The translations under genes were made by a program, and so were the position numbers. Positions 1 through 14,584 of a stretch of DNA of 64,000 nucleotides are shown here, in pieces. Every line of letters begins with the position of its first letter. The first letter of the stretch is position 1. The notes under the pieces are model-generated. The model did not search any database. It saw only the letters and a list, made by a program, of their open reading frames with translations, and had not been told where the DNA came from. The stretch is from Octopus vulgaris (Eukaryota), in the NCBI GenBank assembly GCA_951406725.2, contig OX597822.1, positions 94,550,001 through 94,614,000 on the forward strand, in the 5' to 3' direction.

Positions 1-39
1 CCCAATAGAAGTCACACCACTCAAATTGGTATTTTCCAC

Positions 40-58
40 TTTTACACATACACACACA

Positions 59-100
<42 letters not shown>

Positions 101-365
101 TACATATACATATATATATATGTACACACATGTAAGCACGTATGCACACTTATATAGCATATGTACATGCACATCTCCAGACATGCATATGTACGTATGA
201 GTGTGTATACAGATAGGTAGATAGAGAGGCAGACAGATAGATAATCTTTTGCTTAAAATATCTTATGGTCAAAAACTTTTGGGTATTGCATAATTCTCCT
301 TCTCTCACTCTCTCTCTCTCTCTTTTCTTATAATTAATTTTGTTCATATGTGTGTACATATTAAC

Positions 366-407
<42 letters not shown>

Positions 408-648
408 TATAGATAGATAGATAAATTCAGATATATATATATATATAAACATTCACAAATATATCTATACCGATCAACATATATACACACACATGTGTGT
501 ATATGTGATTCCCTATTTGCATATGCATAATTGTACTTTAAAATTTATACAACTAGTATGCTTACATTTCACATACATTCGCATATATACTAAAAGTACA
601 CTCCTACACACTCACGCATCCACTTACATATATGTGTGCACACACACA

Positions 649-687
<39 letters not shown>

Positions 688-1202
688 GCACACATGCATA
701 CACTTTCCACGAAATATGGAGGGCACAACAATTCTATATTTATCTTATCTTTATTCATCTAACTTAAAACATCTCAAAATTCTTCCACTTTTTTTTTTTT
801 TTACCCTCTCAAAAAACTATTTTATATCTTCTCTTCGTTTCTTGAATACTAATCAGGCACCAATATAACATTAAATGGAAAAAAAAAAAAAAAAAGAGAA
901 TTTTCTGAACAAGATCAATGAAATCAATAATAAAGAGAAAGACGGAAACTGCTCTGTAAAAATATTATTGAAGTAGTATATCCTTGTAATTTCTGGCTCA
1001 CCTCACAATGTATCCAAATTATATCATGTAACGATGAGCACTCTCAAGAGGATTAAAAATTATAATCGTTGGCTTCAGTTATTTTTAAGTCATTAGGTGA
1101 AAAGTATGCAACACACACACATACACACACACATACACTCACACACACACACACACACACATACACACACACATACATATGCTTACATGTGTATATATAT
1201 AT

Positions 1203-1248
<46 letters not shown>

Positions 1249-1900
1249 GAGTGTATGTGTATATGCACATGCATGTATATATATATATAGATGTACATGT
1301 ATAAACATGCACACACATTCATATATATATGCATTTATTCATATTTATATATACATGCAAATGTATTCATCCCTATTTCATATAAATATGTATGTCTGTG
1401 TGTGTGTGTGTATGTGTGATCATCATCATCATCATCATCGTCGTCATCATCATCATCATCATCATCACCTTTTCATGTCTGTCTTCCATGCTATCGTCTG
1501 TTGGAGTGTTCAGCAAGATCTTCCAAGCCAGGGGACTATGTCAAGCCCCAATATCTGCTTCGACATAGTTTCTAAAGCAATTTCTCAAGCCATTCACTTT
1601 ACAGAGAGTACAGGCTTTTTTTTTTTATGACACCAGCACTAGTGAGGTTACCAAATCCCTCATAAGACAAAACTACTTGATTGAATAAAGATGTAGTTCC
1701 GAGGGATGTGGCTCAACATAAATACATGCAAAAAATAAATTCATATATATATATATAAACATATATATTATATTTATATATAATTACATATACATACATA
1801 CACATGTATATGCATACATATATGTATATATATATATATGTATATGTATGTGTGCATATTTATGTACATGTGTGTGTGTGTGTGTGTGAGTATATGTGTA
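40..1900. repeat. Compound microsatellite field: (TA)n, (CA)n, (TAGA)n, (CAT)n
   Basis: Visible di-, tri- and tetranucleotide runs; they explain the HT/YI/CV-rich ORFs here. Confidence 0.95.
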
Positions 1901-2865
1901 TACCACATAGAGCAAATTATGATGATGATGTATTATTCCATAACATAAACTCTTCCTGTTGCTCAAAACAAGCAGATATAGTAGCAGACTGCTTAATGTG
2001 CCAATACACCAACTTAAAAATCATGTTTAGATCCTGCCATATCCATTTTGTGTGTTGCTTGGGGACAACTCTTTACTTCCAATCGAGTAATTCCGTCTCT
2101 GATCTAATAATTCATATTCAAGCATCACAATTTAACAAGTTCGTAATATCGAATTTTTAATATGTTATTAAGAGATACTTGCAATTATAATAATTATTTA
2201 TAATTATTAATAATTGATCATAATAGTGATTTGGGCTTTAAAATATTTAATTTCTAGACAAAACATTAAATAATTTCATCTCATTTCCAAAACGTATTAA
2301 ACGATATATATGAGAAGTGAACTAAAGAAGGTGGTACAACTGTGAAGAATGTTTCTGATTTGGAGAACTAGTGTTAGAATACTGTTACTATTTCTGAGTT
2401 CTATTTCCAAGACTAAATTGGATATTTTTATATGCTTCTTGTTAAGGCGTGAATAAAAATTTACTTTCTAAATTCTTCAGATAATAGAATTATTATTAGA
2501 TAATACATGAACAGTAAGGTCACCTTGTGATTTTTAGCTGATTTTGTTTTAATTTCAGAATGCTTCCCCACCAAAAAAAAAAGGGAAGGAAAAATAACTT
2601 TAGATAAAGCAAATCATTTAATGAAAATTCTTCATTGTCTAAAAGGTGTGAAATATTCTTAAAACTTCAATAAATTTAATAGCAAAATCATATAGACTTG
2701 AGAAAAAAATAAAATTTCCCAATATCTATATTTCTGTTTTCTCAGCTTATAACATCAATGGAACAATTGTCTGTTAATTTACTAAGAAATAATCAGAGAA
2801 TATACGAGCATCATCTTCCTAGTTAAGTTGATGGAAAATTATTAAAGACTGTACTTTTTCTGTAG

Positions 2866-2887
2866 TCATCATCATCCTCATCATCGT

Positions 2888-2944
<57 letters not shown>

Positions 2945-3200
2945 GTCGTCGTCGTCGTCGTCATCATTGTCATCATCATCATCAATCAACGTCCATTGTC
3001 CATGCTGGCATGGGTTGGACTGTTTGACCGGAACTGGCAAGTCAGAAGACTGCACCATGCTTGACTGTCTGCTTGGAACGGTTTCTTCAGCTGAATGCCC
3101 TTCCTAACACCAACCAATTTACAAAAGTGTACCAAGTGCTTTTTTTATGTGGCACCAGCAGCAGTGGGGTGACCAAACAACTTACAAGACAAGATCCCCT
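2866..3200 (-). mobile_element. Non-autonomous element or fragment sharing the RTE LINE 3' end, with (GAT)n tail
   Basis: (cat)n followed by aacgtcca...ccatgctggcatgggttggac...gcccttcctaacaccaacca, matching the 3' end of the full RTE at 45808-45990. Confidence 0.75.
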
Positions 3201-3504
3201 CAACTGAGAGGAAGCAGTACTGAGGGTGGTGGTTGCTGTTTTCTCATGACTGTTACAAACATTCCTCTGAGCAAAGCAATGCACTGGAGTCATGGCATAC
3301 ACAGCTACACTATACATAGATTATTGCTGGACCCCTAGGACATGGAATCTACTGGCAGCTGCCTTGTGTACCCATGTTTCATGACAGTACTGCCTATATA
3401 TTTGCCAGGTACAAGTATATTGTTACGGGAATATAATTGACACAGCATATATTTAGCAAGGCAGTACTTCTTCGATTTAATTAGAGAATACGTAAATGTT
3501 AGAA

Positions 3505-3812
3505 GGCACATGGCTCAGTGGTTAGGGCATTGGGCTTACAATTGTGAGGCTGTGAGTTTGATTCCTGGACCAGGCTGTGTGTTGTGCTCTTGAGCAAGAC
3601 ACTTTATTTCAAGTTGCTTCAGTTCACTCAGCTGTAGAAATGAGTTGCGAGGTCACGGGTGCCAAGCTGTATCGGCCCTTGCCTTTCCCTTGGACAACAT
3701 TGGTGACATGGAAAGGGGAGGTTGGTATGTATGGGTGATTGCTGGTCTTCCACAAACAACCTTGCTCATATCTATGCCTCAGAGGGGAACTTTCTAGGTG
3801 CAATCCCATGGC
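3505..3812 (+). mobile_element. Diverged tRNA-derived SINE
   Basis: A-box tggctcagtggtt, B-box-like agtttgattcc, CORE-like ttgagcaagacactttattt. Confidence 0.65.
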
Positions 3813-4244
3813 CTTTTGTGAGTGATGGGGGTCATTACATAAATGTAATCTATAACAGAAATATTAACAAACTTAAATATTTATCAAAATTAAGTTTATG
3901 GATAAAATAATATCAAAATATCATGAAAATTCTTGATTTCAAAGGCAAATTACATTGCTTCAAAACAACACAAGGTTTACATATAATATTACTAGTAGAA
4001 ATGAGTTAAGTAGGTAACTTTACACTTCTTGCTTCCACCTGGAACTTATCATGGTAACTCAGGTATGTGAAAAGTAAACAAAACATGTAAACATTTCTTG
4101 CTGGTACATTTTTTCCCTTCAGACTTAGAGTCTAGAACTAGTTTCATGTGGTCCATAGAGAGAAACTCAGGCAGCTTGCTGTTCCTGGCAAAACTGACTG
4201 AAATTCTAGTGACCACTATAGTTCTAGAAATACGAAGTATAATA

Positions 4245-4705
4245 ATCCAACATGTAGTTTATAAACTGTACCAAACATGGAGTTTATAAATTGTGATAAA
4301 CATGTTGTTTACAATCTGTGGTAAACATAGTTTATGAACTGTGCTGAACATATAGTTTATATGTTGTGTTAAACAGTTTATAAGCAGTGGTTAACGTTCA
4401 CCTTATATACTATAGTAAATGTAGTTTATAAACTGTACTGAGCATGTAGTCTATGAACAGTGCTAAACGTATGGTTTATGAACTGTGATAAACATGTACT
4501 TTATGAACTGTGGTAAACATGTAGTTTATAAACAGGCAGTATAGCATATAGTATTACTAGTAGAAATGAGTTAAGTAGGTAACTTTACACTTCTTGCTTC
4601 TACCTGGAACTTAACATATACTTTATGAGCTGTGGTAAACATGTAGTCAATAAACTCTGGTAAACATGTAGTTTATAAACAGGCAGTTATGCTACATGTT
4701 TTATA
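4245..4705. repeat. Degenerate ~25-bp minisatellite (aaacatgtagtttataaactgtggt)
   Basis: More than ten imperfect copies; a ~60-bp segment at 3988-4048 is also duplicated at 4554-4613. Confidence 0.8.
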
Positions 4706-5324
4706 GCTGTGTTCTAAGAGTAAACATCTGAAAGGTTACTAAGTAGTGATTGATTCCATCCGAAAGAACATTTGGAATGGAGGTCATTGACTGGTTCTTG
4801 TGTATTATGTAACAATTGATGTAATCGCTGTATCTCAAAGATATTCTGTACCACACAGTATAATAAGTCAACTGGATGGGCTACGCCAAAAAGAGAAATA
4901 TCAATAATTTAGTGAGTCGATATAAAAGGGAAGGTAAGATTAGCAAGAAACAAAACAAACTAAAAGTATAAGAATTCACAGGCAACTTAGAGGTTATTTA
5001 TAATACAACAAAACATTAGTCAAAATATTGATAGAAAATGGGGGTGTGGGGTGGGGTGGGGTGCGGGTGTGGGGTGGGAGATGGGAGGTGGAGAAGAAGC
5101 AAAGAATTCAAAATGGAGCTAATATGCTAGCATACAAAATTTTTACTGTAGATATCGGTAACGAAATAAATATAAACAAATATCAATTGTTCTTAGGGAC
5201 TGTTTAGTTTAATGGTGAGAGCATTCAGCCAGTATCTGAGGGGTATGGATTCGAGTCCTATAACCACCTGCTGGCAACTTTGTTTTTTGTTTTTTTTTCC
5301 ATCTTATAAAGGTACAATATATAG

Positions 5325-5772
5325 GTAAATGTGTGACTGAGTAGTTAAGGGACTTGCTGCCCAAACATGCAGTCTTGGCCCTTTCTCTGACACTTTGGGC
5401 AAGTGTTTTCTACTTTAGCCCTGGGCTAACCAAAGTCTTGTGAGCAGATTTGGTGGATGGAAAGTGAAAGAAGCTCATCATATATATATATGTAGGTAGG
5501 TAGGTAGGTAGGTAGGTAGGTAGGTAGATAGGTAGGTAGATAGGTAGGTAGATATGTATGTATGGGCCTTTGTGTTTGTGTTTGTCCCTCTTGACAATTG
5601 GTGATGGTTTGTTTATACTCCTGTAACTCAACAGTTTGGCAAAAGGGATCAATAGATTAAATACCAGGCTTAAGAAAAGAATAAATACTGGGGTCAATTT
5701 GTTCACCTAAAACCCTTCAAGCTGGTGCCCCAGCATGGTCGCAGTCTAATGACTGAAACAAGTAAAAAATAA
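5325..5772 (+). mobile_element. Diverged SINE family A with internal (TAGG)n
   Basis: ttgggcaagtgttttctact...ccagcatggtcgcagtctaatgactgaaacaagtaaaa, matching the young copies. Confidence 0.8.
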
Positions 5773-5904
5773 AGGACTTAATTCATTATTTCCAAAAGGA
5801 TATAACAGCATTTAACATATTTCTAGAAATATTCTACTCATTAGTACACAATTAAATTTTCTTATTAATTGTTATTTCTTAATATATTACATATTCCTAA
5901 AGCA

Positions 5905-6112
5905 ATGAACTGGCAAGATCATTAGTATGTCAGGCTAAATGCTTAGCGGTATTTTGCCTGCCTTTATGTTTCAAGTTCAAATTCTGCCAAGGTCACCTTT
6001 ACCTTTCATCCTTTCGGGACTGATAAAATTAGTACCAGTTGAACACTGGGATCAATGTAATTGACTTACTCTGCACACCAAATTGCTGGCCTTGTGCCAA
6101 AATTTGAAACCA
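5905..6112 (+). mobile_element. Diverged SINE family B (Nin/Deu-like central domain)
   Basis: gttcaaattctgccaaggtcacc...ctttcatcctttcggg...agtaccag. Confidence 0.7.
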
Positions 6113-6582
6113 ATGTATTATTTATTTTTAATAATCTTTTCTGCAACATTTTCTTTGATAATAATAAACACCATCTTTAATAAAATACTAATGACTAACT
6201 GAACTAAAATACTCTAAGTAAAACTAGTGAAACAAAAATCTTAGTGACATTATTATACTGCAGCATACTCACATATGCACACATATATGTGTATATATGT
6301 ATACATGTATGTGTATGTGTGTGTGTAATGCTGTATCAAAATTTGTATGTCTTCTCTGACTTTCGACCAAGCCTGGGCTTTTTTGCCTGGGGCAGATCTC
6401 TGAGAAGCCTGACAACATTTAGGACAATAACTATATCAATCCAATCTATCCAGAGAATTGAGTTCTATATCAGATATTTAAAATATATTTTAATATACAA
6501 CTCTTAAACTACAATATGCTCATGTGTGTATGCATGTACAATCACATCGCACACACACACACACATTATATACATGCATATA

Positions 6583-6912
6583 CCGTATTTGATGGCTTAT
6601 AAGATGCACCATTTTTACCCCCGAAATGGCTTTAAAAATCCCCCTATATCCACTGCACTCAACGTAGGCTCAAAACTCATGACTGCTGACCAAAATTATA
6701 CATCAGGGGTCACATAGATGTAGCCTAACTCTATTGGTGAACAATCGCCTGTAGTATGTTTCTATCGAATGTGGATGCAATAAATTGCTTAAAATTACCA
6801 GTAATAACATAAGGTTATACAGGCAGGTGGAGGAATTAAAAACATTTTAGGGGTATTTAATTTTACAGAAGTATAGCCTAGGCTAGGTGCGTCTTATAGG
6901 CCATCAAATACA

Positions 6913-6913
<1 letters not shown>
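6583..6913. mobile_element. MITE, Tc1/mariner superfamily (pogo/Tc2-like TIR)
   Basis: 28-bp TIR ccgtatttgatggcttataagatgcacc versus the reverse complement of ggtgcgtcttataggccatcaaatacag (25/28 match); TA on both sides. Confidence 0.85.
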
Positions 6914-6946
<33 letters not shown>

Positions 6947-7318
6947 ATATATATACATACATATATATATATATAGATATATATAGATATATATGTATGT
7001 ATATATGCATGTATGTATAGATACATACACCTACACAAACACTCATATACACACACATATATAACATAGCTGTATGAATGCATCTGTGTATGTATGAACG
7101 TATGTATGCATACATGTATATATGTATGCATGTATGCTTGCACATTTACATGTCTGTCTGTAATGTATGTGTCTATATGTATATCTCTACAAGTCTGTCA
7201 TGATATACACTGAGTGTCTATGATGATATATATATATATATACACACATACACATATATATATATGTATATCAAAGTATCAAAGTATGCATATATGTATG
7301 TGTATATATATATATGTA

Positions 7319-7417
<99 letters not shown>

Positions 7418-7460
7418 GTATATATATATTATATATACAAGCATATGTATTTGTGTGCAT
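6914..7460. repeat. (TA)n/(TATG)n microsatellite field
   Basis: Direct observation. Confidence 0.95.
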
Positions 7461-7610
7461 AGATACAAATGCAGACACATTCTCATTCTGAAACCCATGT
7501 CTGCATTTGCTTATATATTAACTAATTAATCAGTGTGATGATAACAAACTCTTTAAATACAATGAAAACACCCACTTTCACCCATATATATCTACACACA
7601 CATCATAAAT

Positions 7611-7653
<43 letters not shown>

Positions 7654-8008
7654 ATAAACGTATACACATTCTTATATTCATACAAACACACATGCACACA
7701 AACACCACAAGGTTTACTCATATATTTATATACATATATGAAGAGATTTTTAGCACAGTTTTCCCACTTCACACTTTTAATATTCCATTTCTGATTTATA
7801 AACACCGAAAACTCAAATTTTAAATCTATTGAACACAAATGCAATGATTGGTTTGTTCTTTATTTTTTAGAAATCAATTTATATAACAATATATCTAATA
7901 CCTTACATGTCATTTACCTAGATAAAGACATTTTTCAACTTTTGATCCTTATTTTTGTCTTCTTTTCTTGTATTCTTGATCTTTTTGCTGTTTTAAATAT
8001 TCTTATGC

Positions 8009-8627
<619 letters not shown>

Positions 8628-8997
8628 AGTGCAGCATGGCCGAATGGCCAAGAAGTTTGCCTCTAAACCATGAGGTCACAGTCTCAATTCCAATGTACTG
8701 CAGCTTGGGCAAATGTCATATTTTATTACCTCCAGTCAACTTGATACCTTGTGACTGAAACCGGATAAACAGTAAATGTATACCTCAGGATGTTTGTTCT
8801 GATACTCAACATTCTGAGTTCAAATCCCACTGATATCAATTTTGCTCTACATTCTTTCAGTGCCAGTAAAAAAAGTGCTGATCTAAGACAGTGGCTTGGT
8901 GGTACTATAAGAACATCAGACTGGATACCTTTGCATTATTTATTCCAACTCTTCTCATTTTGAGTTTGAATCTCACCTTGGTTTACTTGGGTGATAG

Positions 8998-9345
8998 GCA
9001 AACACTCACCTCCTTATGAGAGCTCAAAATCTCTCGTGGAAGCGTCATCCAACCAAAATGCAAATATATGGGAAACTACCACCTGTATCATCTCTTGTGA
9101 AAGGTAGGAGAGTCCAGTTTGCTGGACATTGTTGTAGAGCTGAAAACGAGGTAATTTCTACCCTTCTCCTCTGGAAGCCATCTACTCGCAATACCAGAGG
9201 GTGCACACTCTCCTACCCGGATGTAATCTCCAGGGATACAGGCATCCAGCAACAGGATCTCCGTAATGCCATGATGGACCGTGAAGTCAGGCGTAGCATG
9301 GTAAATTCCATTGTCTCTACCACGGTCGAACAATAATGATGATGA
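8998..9345 (+). mobile_element. 5'-truncated RTE-clade LINE of a second family (RT C-terminus)
   Basis: ORF 9016-9336 contains RRVQFAGHCCR...AMMDREV (RTE C-terminal motifs); (tga)n tail; 10-bp TSD tgggtgatag at 8988-8997 and 9346-9355. Confidence 0.85.
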
Positions 9346-9396
9346 TGGGTGATAGACTTAATCTGCCAATTCAACTCCACCATTTGGCACCTTGGA

Positions 9397-9730
9397 TCAT
9401 CATCATCGTCATTGTTTAACATCCACCTTCCATACTGGCATGGGTTGGGTGGGTTGACAGGAGCTGGCCAGGTGGAAGACTGCAGCAGACTTCTGTGTCT
9501 GTTTTGGCAAGGTTTTTTACAGATGGAAGCCCATCCTAACATCAACCACCCAACAGAGTGGACTGAATGCTTTTATGTGGCACAAGCACAGCTGAGGTCA
9601 GTTTTGGCATGGTTTTTACAACTGGATGCCCTTCCAAGCACCAAACACTTTACAATGTGGACTGGATGTTTTTTATGTGGCACCAGCACTGGCAGGGTCA
9701 CCAAATAACTTGCAAGACAAAGATCCTAAG
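9397..9730 (-). mobile_element. RTE 3'-end-related repeat with internal duplication
   Basis: tcatcatc...tttaacatcc...ccatactggcatgggttgg...ggatgcccttcc. Confidence 0.7.
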
Positions 9731-11065
9731 AGAGAGGAGGGGAGAATTGGAGGAGGTGATCTTGTGTCAGATGATGAAAGGTTATAGTGAGACAGAGAGA
9801 CAGAAACAGGTGCCTGTCTCTCATCAGAATCCATTCTGTTGTAAGTATTTGGGTTGGATCTTCACTTTGAAGATACCTTCTTCCTACCATCCTTCCTGTT
9901 TTAGAGGCACTGTGAAGAGTCATGGGCACTGCTTTGTCTCCTGGATAAGAAGATATAAAAACAACATTAAAGGAAAATCCTTAATTCTAGATCATGAGAT
10001 CAAATGCCAGGAGAGAAACTTTATCTTAAGGACAGGATACAATGAATGTTAAGAACATGAACATTACTGCCTCAAGTCTTAGGACTCATAGGGTTGGTTA
10101 CCCAGTTTCTTTGGCATATATGTGACTGAGATCACAACATTACCCTTAAAGGAAATGCTAGCCCATCACAGAATTACTCATTTACAGCTGAGCAGACTGA
10201 GGCAATGTGAAATTAACTGTTTTGCTCAAGAACACGGTGCATTGCCCAGTCCGAGAACTGAAACTACAATCTTGCGGTCATGAATGCAACCCACTAACCA
10301 CAAGGCCAAGTATCTTCACTAGATCATGAGGGATGAATTATAGAACTTCTAGAATTTTAAAAAACCTTTCCCCATATTTATGTCAGTTTTTACACATGAA
10401 TATATATGTGCATGCTTAAATGTGTTCAGCTATTTCAGGGTAATTGAATAGAGCACTGTTTTCTGTTGTCACCAATGCCTAGAGCTGCTGTGAAATATGT
10501 CAGAAAATGACCATGCAATCATCGTCCTTCTGAAATGATTCATACAGAGGAAGCAAATGATTCATGCAGAGGAAGCATGAAATGATTCGTGCAGAGGAAG
10601 CAAAGCAGCATCCCTGATTCGTTTTTGAATCTCAGAAAGTGAAGGCAAGAAGATTTGAAGTTATTCTCAATGTGGAGACCTGGCCTAAACATTGTAACAG
10701 ACTCTACTAAAGGCACACACTGGCCAGGTCATTGTGTTAAACTAAATGATGTATTCAGTCTACCGTATAAGGGAGGCATGGGAAGTTATTTCAGAGAATT
10801 GGGCTGCATGAAACGGGGCTCCTCATCAGGTAGGCCATACTACTTGAAAAAATTCACGGTAATTTTGCAACAGTTTGCCCATGATTGATCTAAGGAGAGG
10901 AATAGTCCCTTTAGCTATCCTCTATACCATATCCATCTACAAAATTTTATGAACAAGGATTTGGTCAAACTGAAGCTATCACAGAATGGGTTATACAGTG
11001 GGATGCTTGATGGAGTTGAAAAAGCAAACTTCTTAAACATACAGCTATATTATTTTCTCTGTTTT

Positions 11066-11720
11066 CTTTTTTTTTTTACCCCTTGCTGGGTCTGGAAGAA
11101 GGGGCAGTGCCATAGCAGGTCCTCATAGATGACTGAGATTAATTTCACTAATGTTTCTTATTTGTTTATCGCCCACAAGAGGCTAAACATAGAGGGGACA
11201 AACAAGGACAGACAAAGGAATTAAGTCGATTACATCGACCCCAGTGCGTAACTGGTACTTAATTTATCGCCCCTGAAAGAATGAAAGGCAAAGTCGACCT
11301 TGGCGGAATTTGAACTCAGAACATAATGGCAGACAAAATACCAGTAAGCATTTTGCCCAGCGTGCTAACATTTCTGCCAGCTTGCCGCCTAATGTTTTTC
11401 TTGAATCTTTGTTAGCCAACATCTGCTGGAAGAACACAAGGAAGGTGGGAATTCCAGTGGACCAAAGTTCTGAGAATGAAGGATTGGGTGTCGTAAATTG
11501 TGCAGAGCCAGGAGTAATATTTGACACTGTCCACTAAATATAAAATTTCACTTATAAATCTCAATTTTTTGGTCACCAACTCCAGCATAGTCTGTGATTG
11601 TGACCGTGGATGTAACTTAAACAGCTGGCAGATCAAATATTGTTTAACTGATTCTATTAAAGTGATTGATTTCTTCCATTGCTTCAGTCTGCCATGGAAG
11701 AAAAAAATTGAACCCATTAT
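11066..11720 (-). mobile_element. Decayed CR1/Jockey-like LINE 3' end, interrupted by a SINE
   Basis: Minus-strand translation QSFILRTLVHWNSHLPCVLPADVG*QRFKKNI resembles the LINE ORF2 C-terminal SF-RT-WNxLP motif; A-rich tail near 11066-11078. Confidence 0.6.
11157..11388 (-). mobile_element. SINE family B (tRNA head plus Nin/Deu-like domain)
   Basis: Reverse complement reads gagttcaaattccgccaaggtcgactttgcctttcat...aagtaccag; TSD ctaatgttt at 11148-11156 and 11389-11397. Confidence 0.9.
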
Positions 11721-11999
11721 TCCTTGATTTCACACACAGTACAGTACATAGACTAACATATAAAAATACCATACTAATAATGCATCATCACAACCGCAGA
11801 AATAAGTGTACATGCAGCTGAGTGGGTAAGAAGCTTGCTTCCTAACTATGTGATCTGTAGTTCAGTCCTGCTGCATGGCACCTTGGGTAAGTCTATTCTA
11901 CTATATTTTTTAAGAGTTAGTTAATAATTTTATTCTCTAAAGCAATTTTGATAAAGTATTTATTTTACCTTTATCCCTGGTAAAGAGAATTGGCCAGCA

Positions 12000-12244
12000 A
12001 GAGTCCTGTGCTGGCACCGTGTAAGAGGCACTTGTGTCAGTCCCACATAGAAAGCAGTCGTGTCAGTGCCACGGAGAAATCACTTGTGCTAGTGGCACAT
12101 TAAAAGCACCTGGCACACACTATAAAGTGGCTGGCATTAAGAAGGGCATCCAGCTGTAGAAACCAAGCCAAATCAGACTGGAACCTGGTGCAGCTTCACT
12201 CAAACTGTTCAACCCATGCCAGCATGGAAAATGGCCAGTAAAGA

Positions 12245-12285
<41 letters not shown>
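12000..12285 (+). mobile_element. RTE 3'-end-related repeat ending in (GAT)n
   Basis: gaagggcatccagctgtagaa...aacccatgccagcatggaa followed by (gat)n. Confidence 0.75.
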
Positions 12286-12286
<1 letters not shown>

Positions 12287-12367
12287 TTTCATCTAATGAA
12301 ACATCTTTAAGCTTCCCCTGGAGTGAAGTTGCAGTCAATCCCCACCTTAGGTTAGGAATCCTGTTAT

Positions 12368-12756
12368 TTTTTGGAAGCACTCCGTCGGTTACGACGACGA
12401 GGGTTCCGGTTGATCCGAATCAACGGAACAGCCTGCTCGTGAAATTAACGTGTAAGTGGCTGAGCACTCCACAGACACGTGTACCCTTAACGTAGTTCTC
12501 GGGGATATTCAGCGTGACACAGAGAGTGACAAGGCCGGCCCTTTGAAATACAGGTACAACAGAAACAGGAAGTAAGAGTGAGAGAAAGTTGTGGTGAAAG
12601 AGTACAGCAGGGATCACCACCATCCCCTGCCGGATCCTCGTGGAGCTTTAGGTGTTTTCGCTCAATAAACACTCACAACGCCCTGTCTGGGAATCGAAAC
12701 CGCGATCCTATGACCGCGAGTCTGCTGCCCAAACCACTGGGCCATTGCGCCTCCAC
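12368..12756 (-). mobile_element. SINE family C (tRNA-derived, OR-like), full length
   Basis: Head ggaggcgcaatggcccagtggtt...ggtttcgattcc; 11-bp TSD aatcctgttat at 12357-12367 and 12757-12767; near-identical to 56008-56388. Confidence 0.9.
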
Positions 12757-12815
12757 AATCCTGTTATACAGCATCACAGATGAACTTTAATGCTAAGAAA
12801 TAGACATGTCTATAA

Positions 12816-13023
12816 CAGGGGTTTTAGGGAGATTTTTTAACCAATTACCCCAAAATATATTTATTTACACCAACGTTACCCCACTTGATTTGAATGGAAG
12901 AATATCATAGATAATAAGAAACAAGTTTTTTTATATAACTTTATGTCTAATGAATCCTCATTACCCACAAGAATTTCATTTTTACCCCTCATAGGATAAT
13001 TTACCCTGGTTTGCCAACCCCTG
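12816..13023. mobile_element. hAT-like MITE
   Basis: Termini caggggtt...aacccctg; 8-bp TSD gtctataa/gtctatag (7/8 match). Confidence 0.75.
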
Positions 13024-13134
13024 GTCTATAGACTATACATAATGTCTATAGAAGGTAATACGGTCGTATGTTAAAGCTTATACTGTATATATGTACATGC
13101 CTGCCTTTGTATGCATGTGCAAGTCTGTCATTCT

Positions 13135-13221
13135 GTGTGCATGTGTGTGTGTGTGTGTGTGTGTGTGCGTGCGTGCGTGCATGCATGCGCGTGTGTGTGT
13201 GCGTGTGTGTGTGTGTGTGCA

Positions 13222-13254
<33 letters not shown>

Positions 13255-13464
13255 GTGTATGCGTGTGTGTGTGTGTATGTGAGTGTGTATGTGTGTGTGT
13301 GTATGCGTGTGTGTGTGTGTATGTGAGTGTGTATGTGTGTGTGTGTGTGTGTATGTGTGTGCGTGCGTGCGTGCATGCATGCGCGTGTGTGTGTGCATGT
13401 GTGTGTGTGTGTGCATGCGTGTGTGTGTGTGTGTATGTGTGTGTGTGTGTGCGCGTGCGTGCGC

Positions 13465-13533
<69 letters not shown>

Positions 13534-13556
13534 CGTGTGTGTGTGTGTGTGTGTGT
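13135..13556. repeat. Compound (TG)n/(CGTG)n microsatellite
   Basis: Direct observation. Confidence 0.97.
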
Positions 13557-13889
13557 CCCCGCATGTCTATGTGTTGATCAGTAAGGGTAGCAGCTTTATT
13601 TCTGAAGTGATTGATTAAAGATGCAACAGAAGAATTGAAAATAAGTTTGATATATTAAATTCTCTTGCTCTCATATTTTCTAATGAGCTTCTCATGTCCT
13701 TTGTGTTTTGGATAATTATATTTCAAGTTTAGTGTAGCTTCGTGCTTTCTATGTCTACCAGACCTCGTCTTCTAAATTATGTGTTAATGTGTTTTTAGCT
13801 GATGTTAGCATTTCTTTGACGTTATACAAGAGAAGCTTCTTGAATTTGTGATTGTTGCTGTGCTTCTCACTGAATATATATATATATGT

Positions 13890-14145
13890 AACAATTGCAG
13901 CGTACAAGGTGTTTGTAAGCCATTTAAGAAACACACAAAAGCCGTTTGATTCACTTCAACATTTAAGACCGCAACCTGTTCACTGACAAAAATCCGTGCT
14001 CAGCACGGATTTTTGTCAGTGAACAGGTTGCGGTCTTAAATCGACAAAAATATTTTGCCAAATTAAACTTAAATGTTGAAGTGAATCGAACGGCTTTTGT
14101 GTGTTTCTTAAATGGCTTACAAACACCTTCCACACTGCAATTGTT
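13890..14145. repeat. Long palindrome with a 40-bp perfect inner hairpin
   Basis: 13961-14000 is the exact reverse complement of 14002-14041; outer arms 13890-13967 and ~14068-14145 are near-complementary. Confidence 0.95.
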
Positions 14146-14200
14146 TTCGTTTCAGCACACAATCTCAAATCAAATCACTTGCTATGCAAGTACATCTCCG

Positions 14201-14247
<47 letters not shown>

Positions 14248-14251
14248 TATG

Positions 14252-14318
<67 letters not shown>

Positions 14319-14584
14319 TTGTTTGTGGGTGTGTGTGTGTGTGTGTATAGAGAAAACCATGGCTATGTGGTTGAGTAGAACACTTCCCAACCAAATGGTT
14401 CCAGGTTCAGTTCCTTCTGCTGTAGCCCCAGGTCTGACTTAAGCTTTGTGAGTGTACATGGTAGGCAGAAACAGTAGATATTATAAGTAGATTTGAAAAC
14501 AATAATGATGAATAAGGACAATGATGATATACAAATATTCATACAAACATGCACGCTCATATACACACACACACGCATGCATGC

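Noticed and set aside
10785-10835. CTGATGAG...GAAAT on the minus strand as a hammerhead
   Set aside because: No complementary stem I could be found
12680-12756. Functional tRNA genes at SINE heads (also 18011, 56008, 40918)
   Set aside because: A/B boxes are present but acceptor stems do not close, and the sequences continue into SINE bodies
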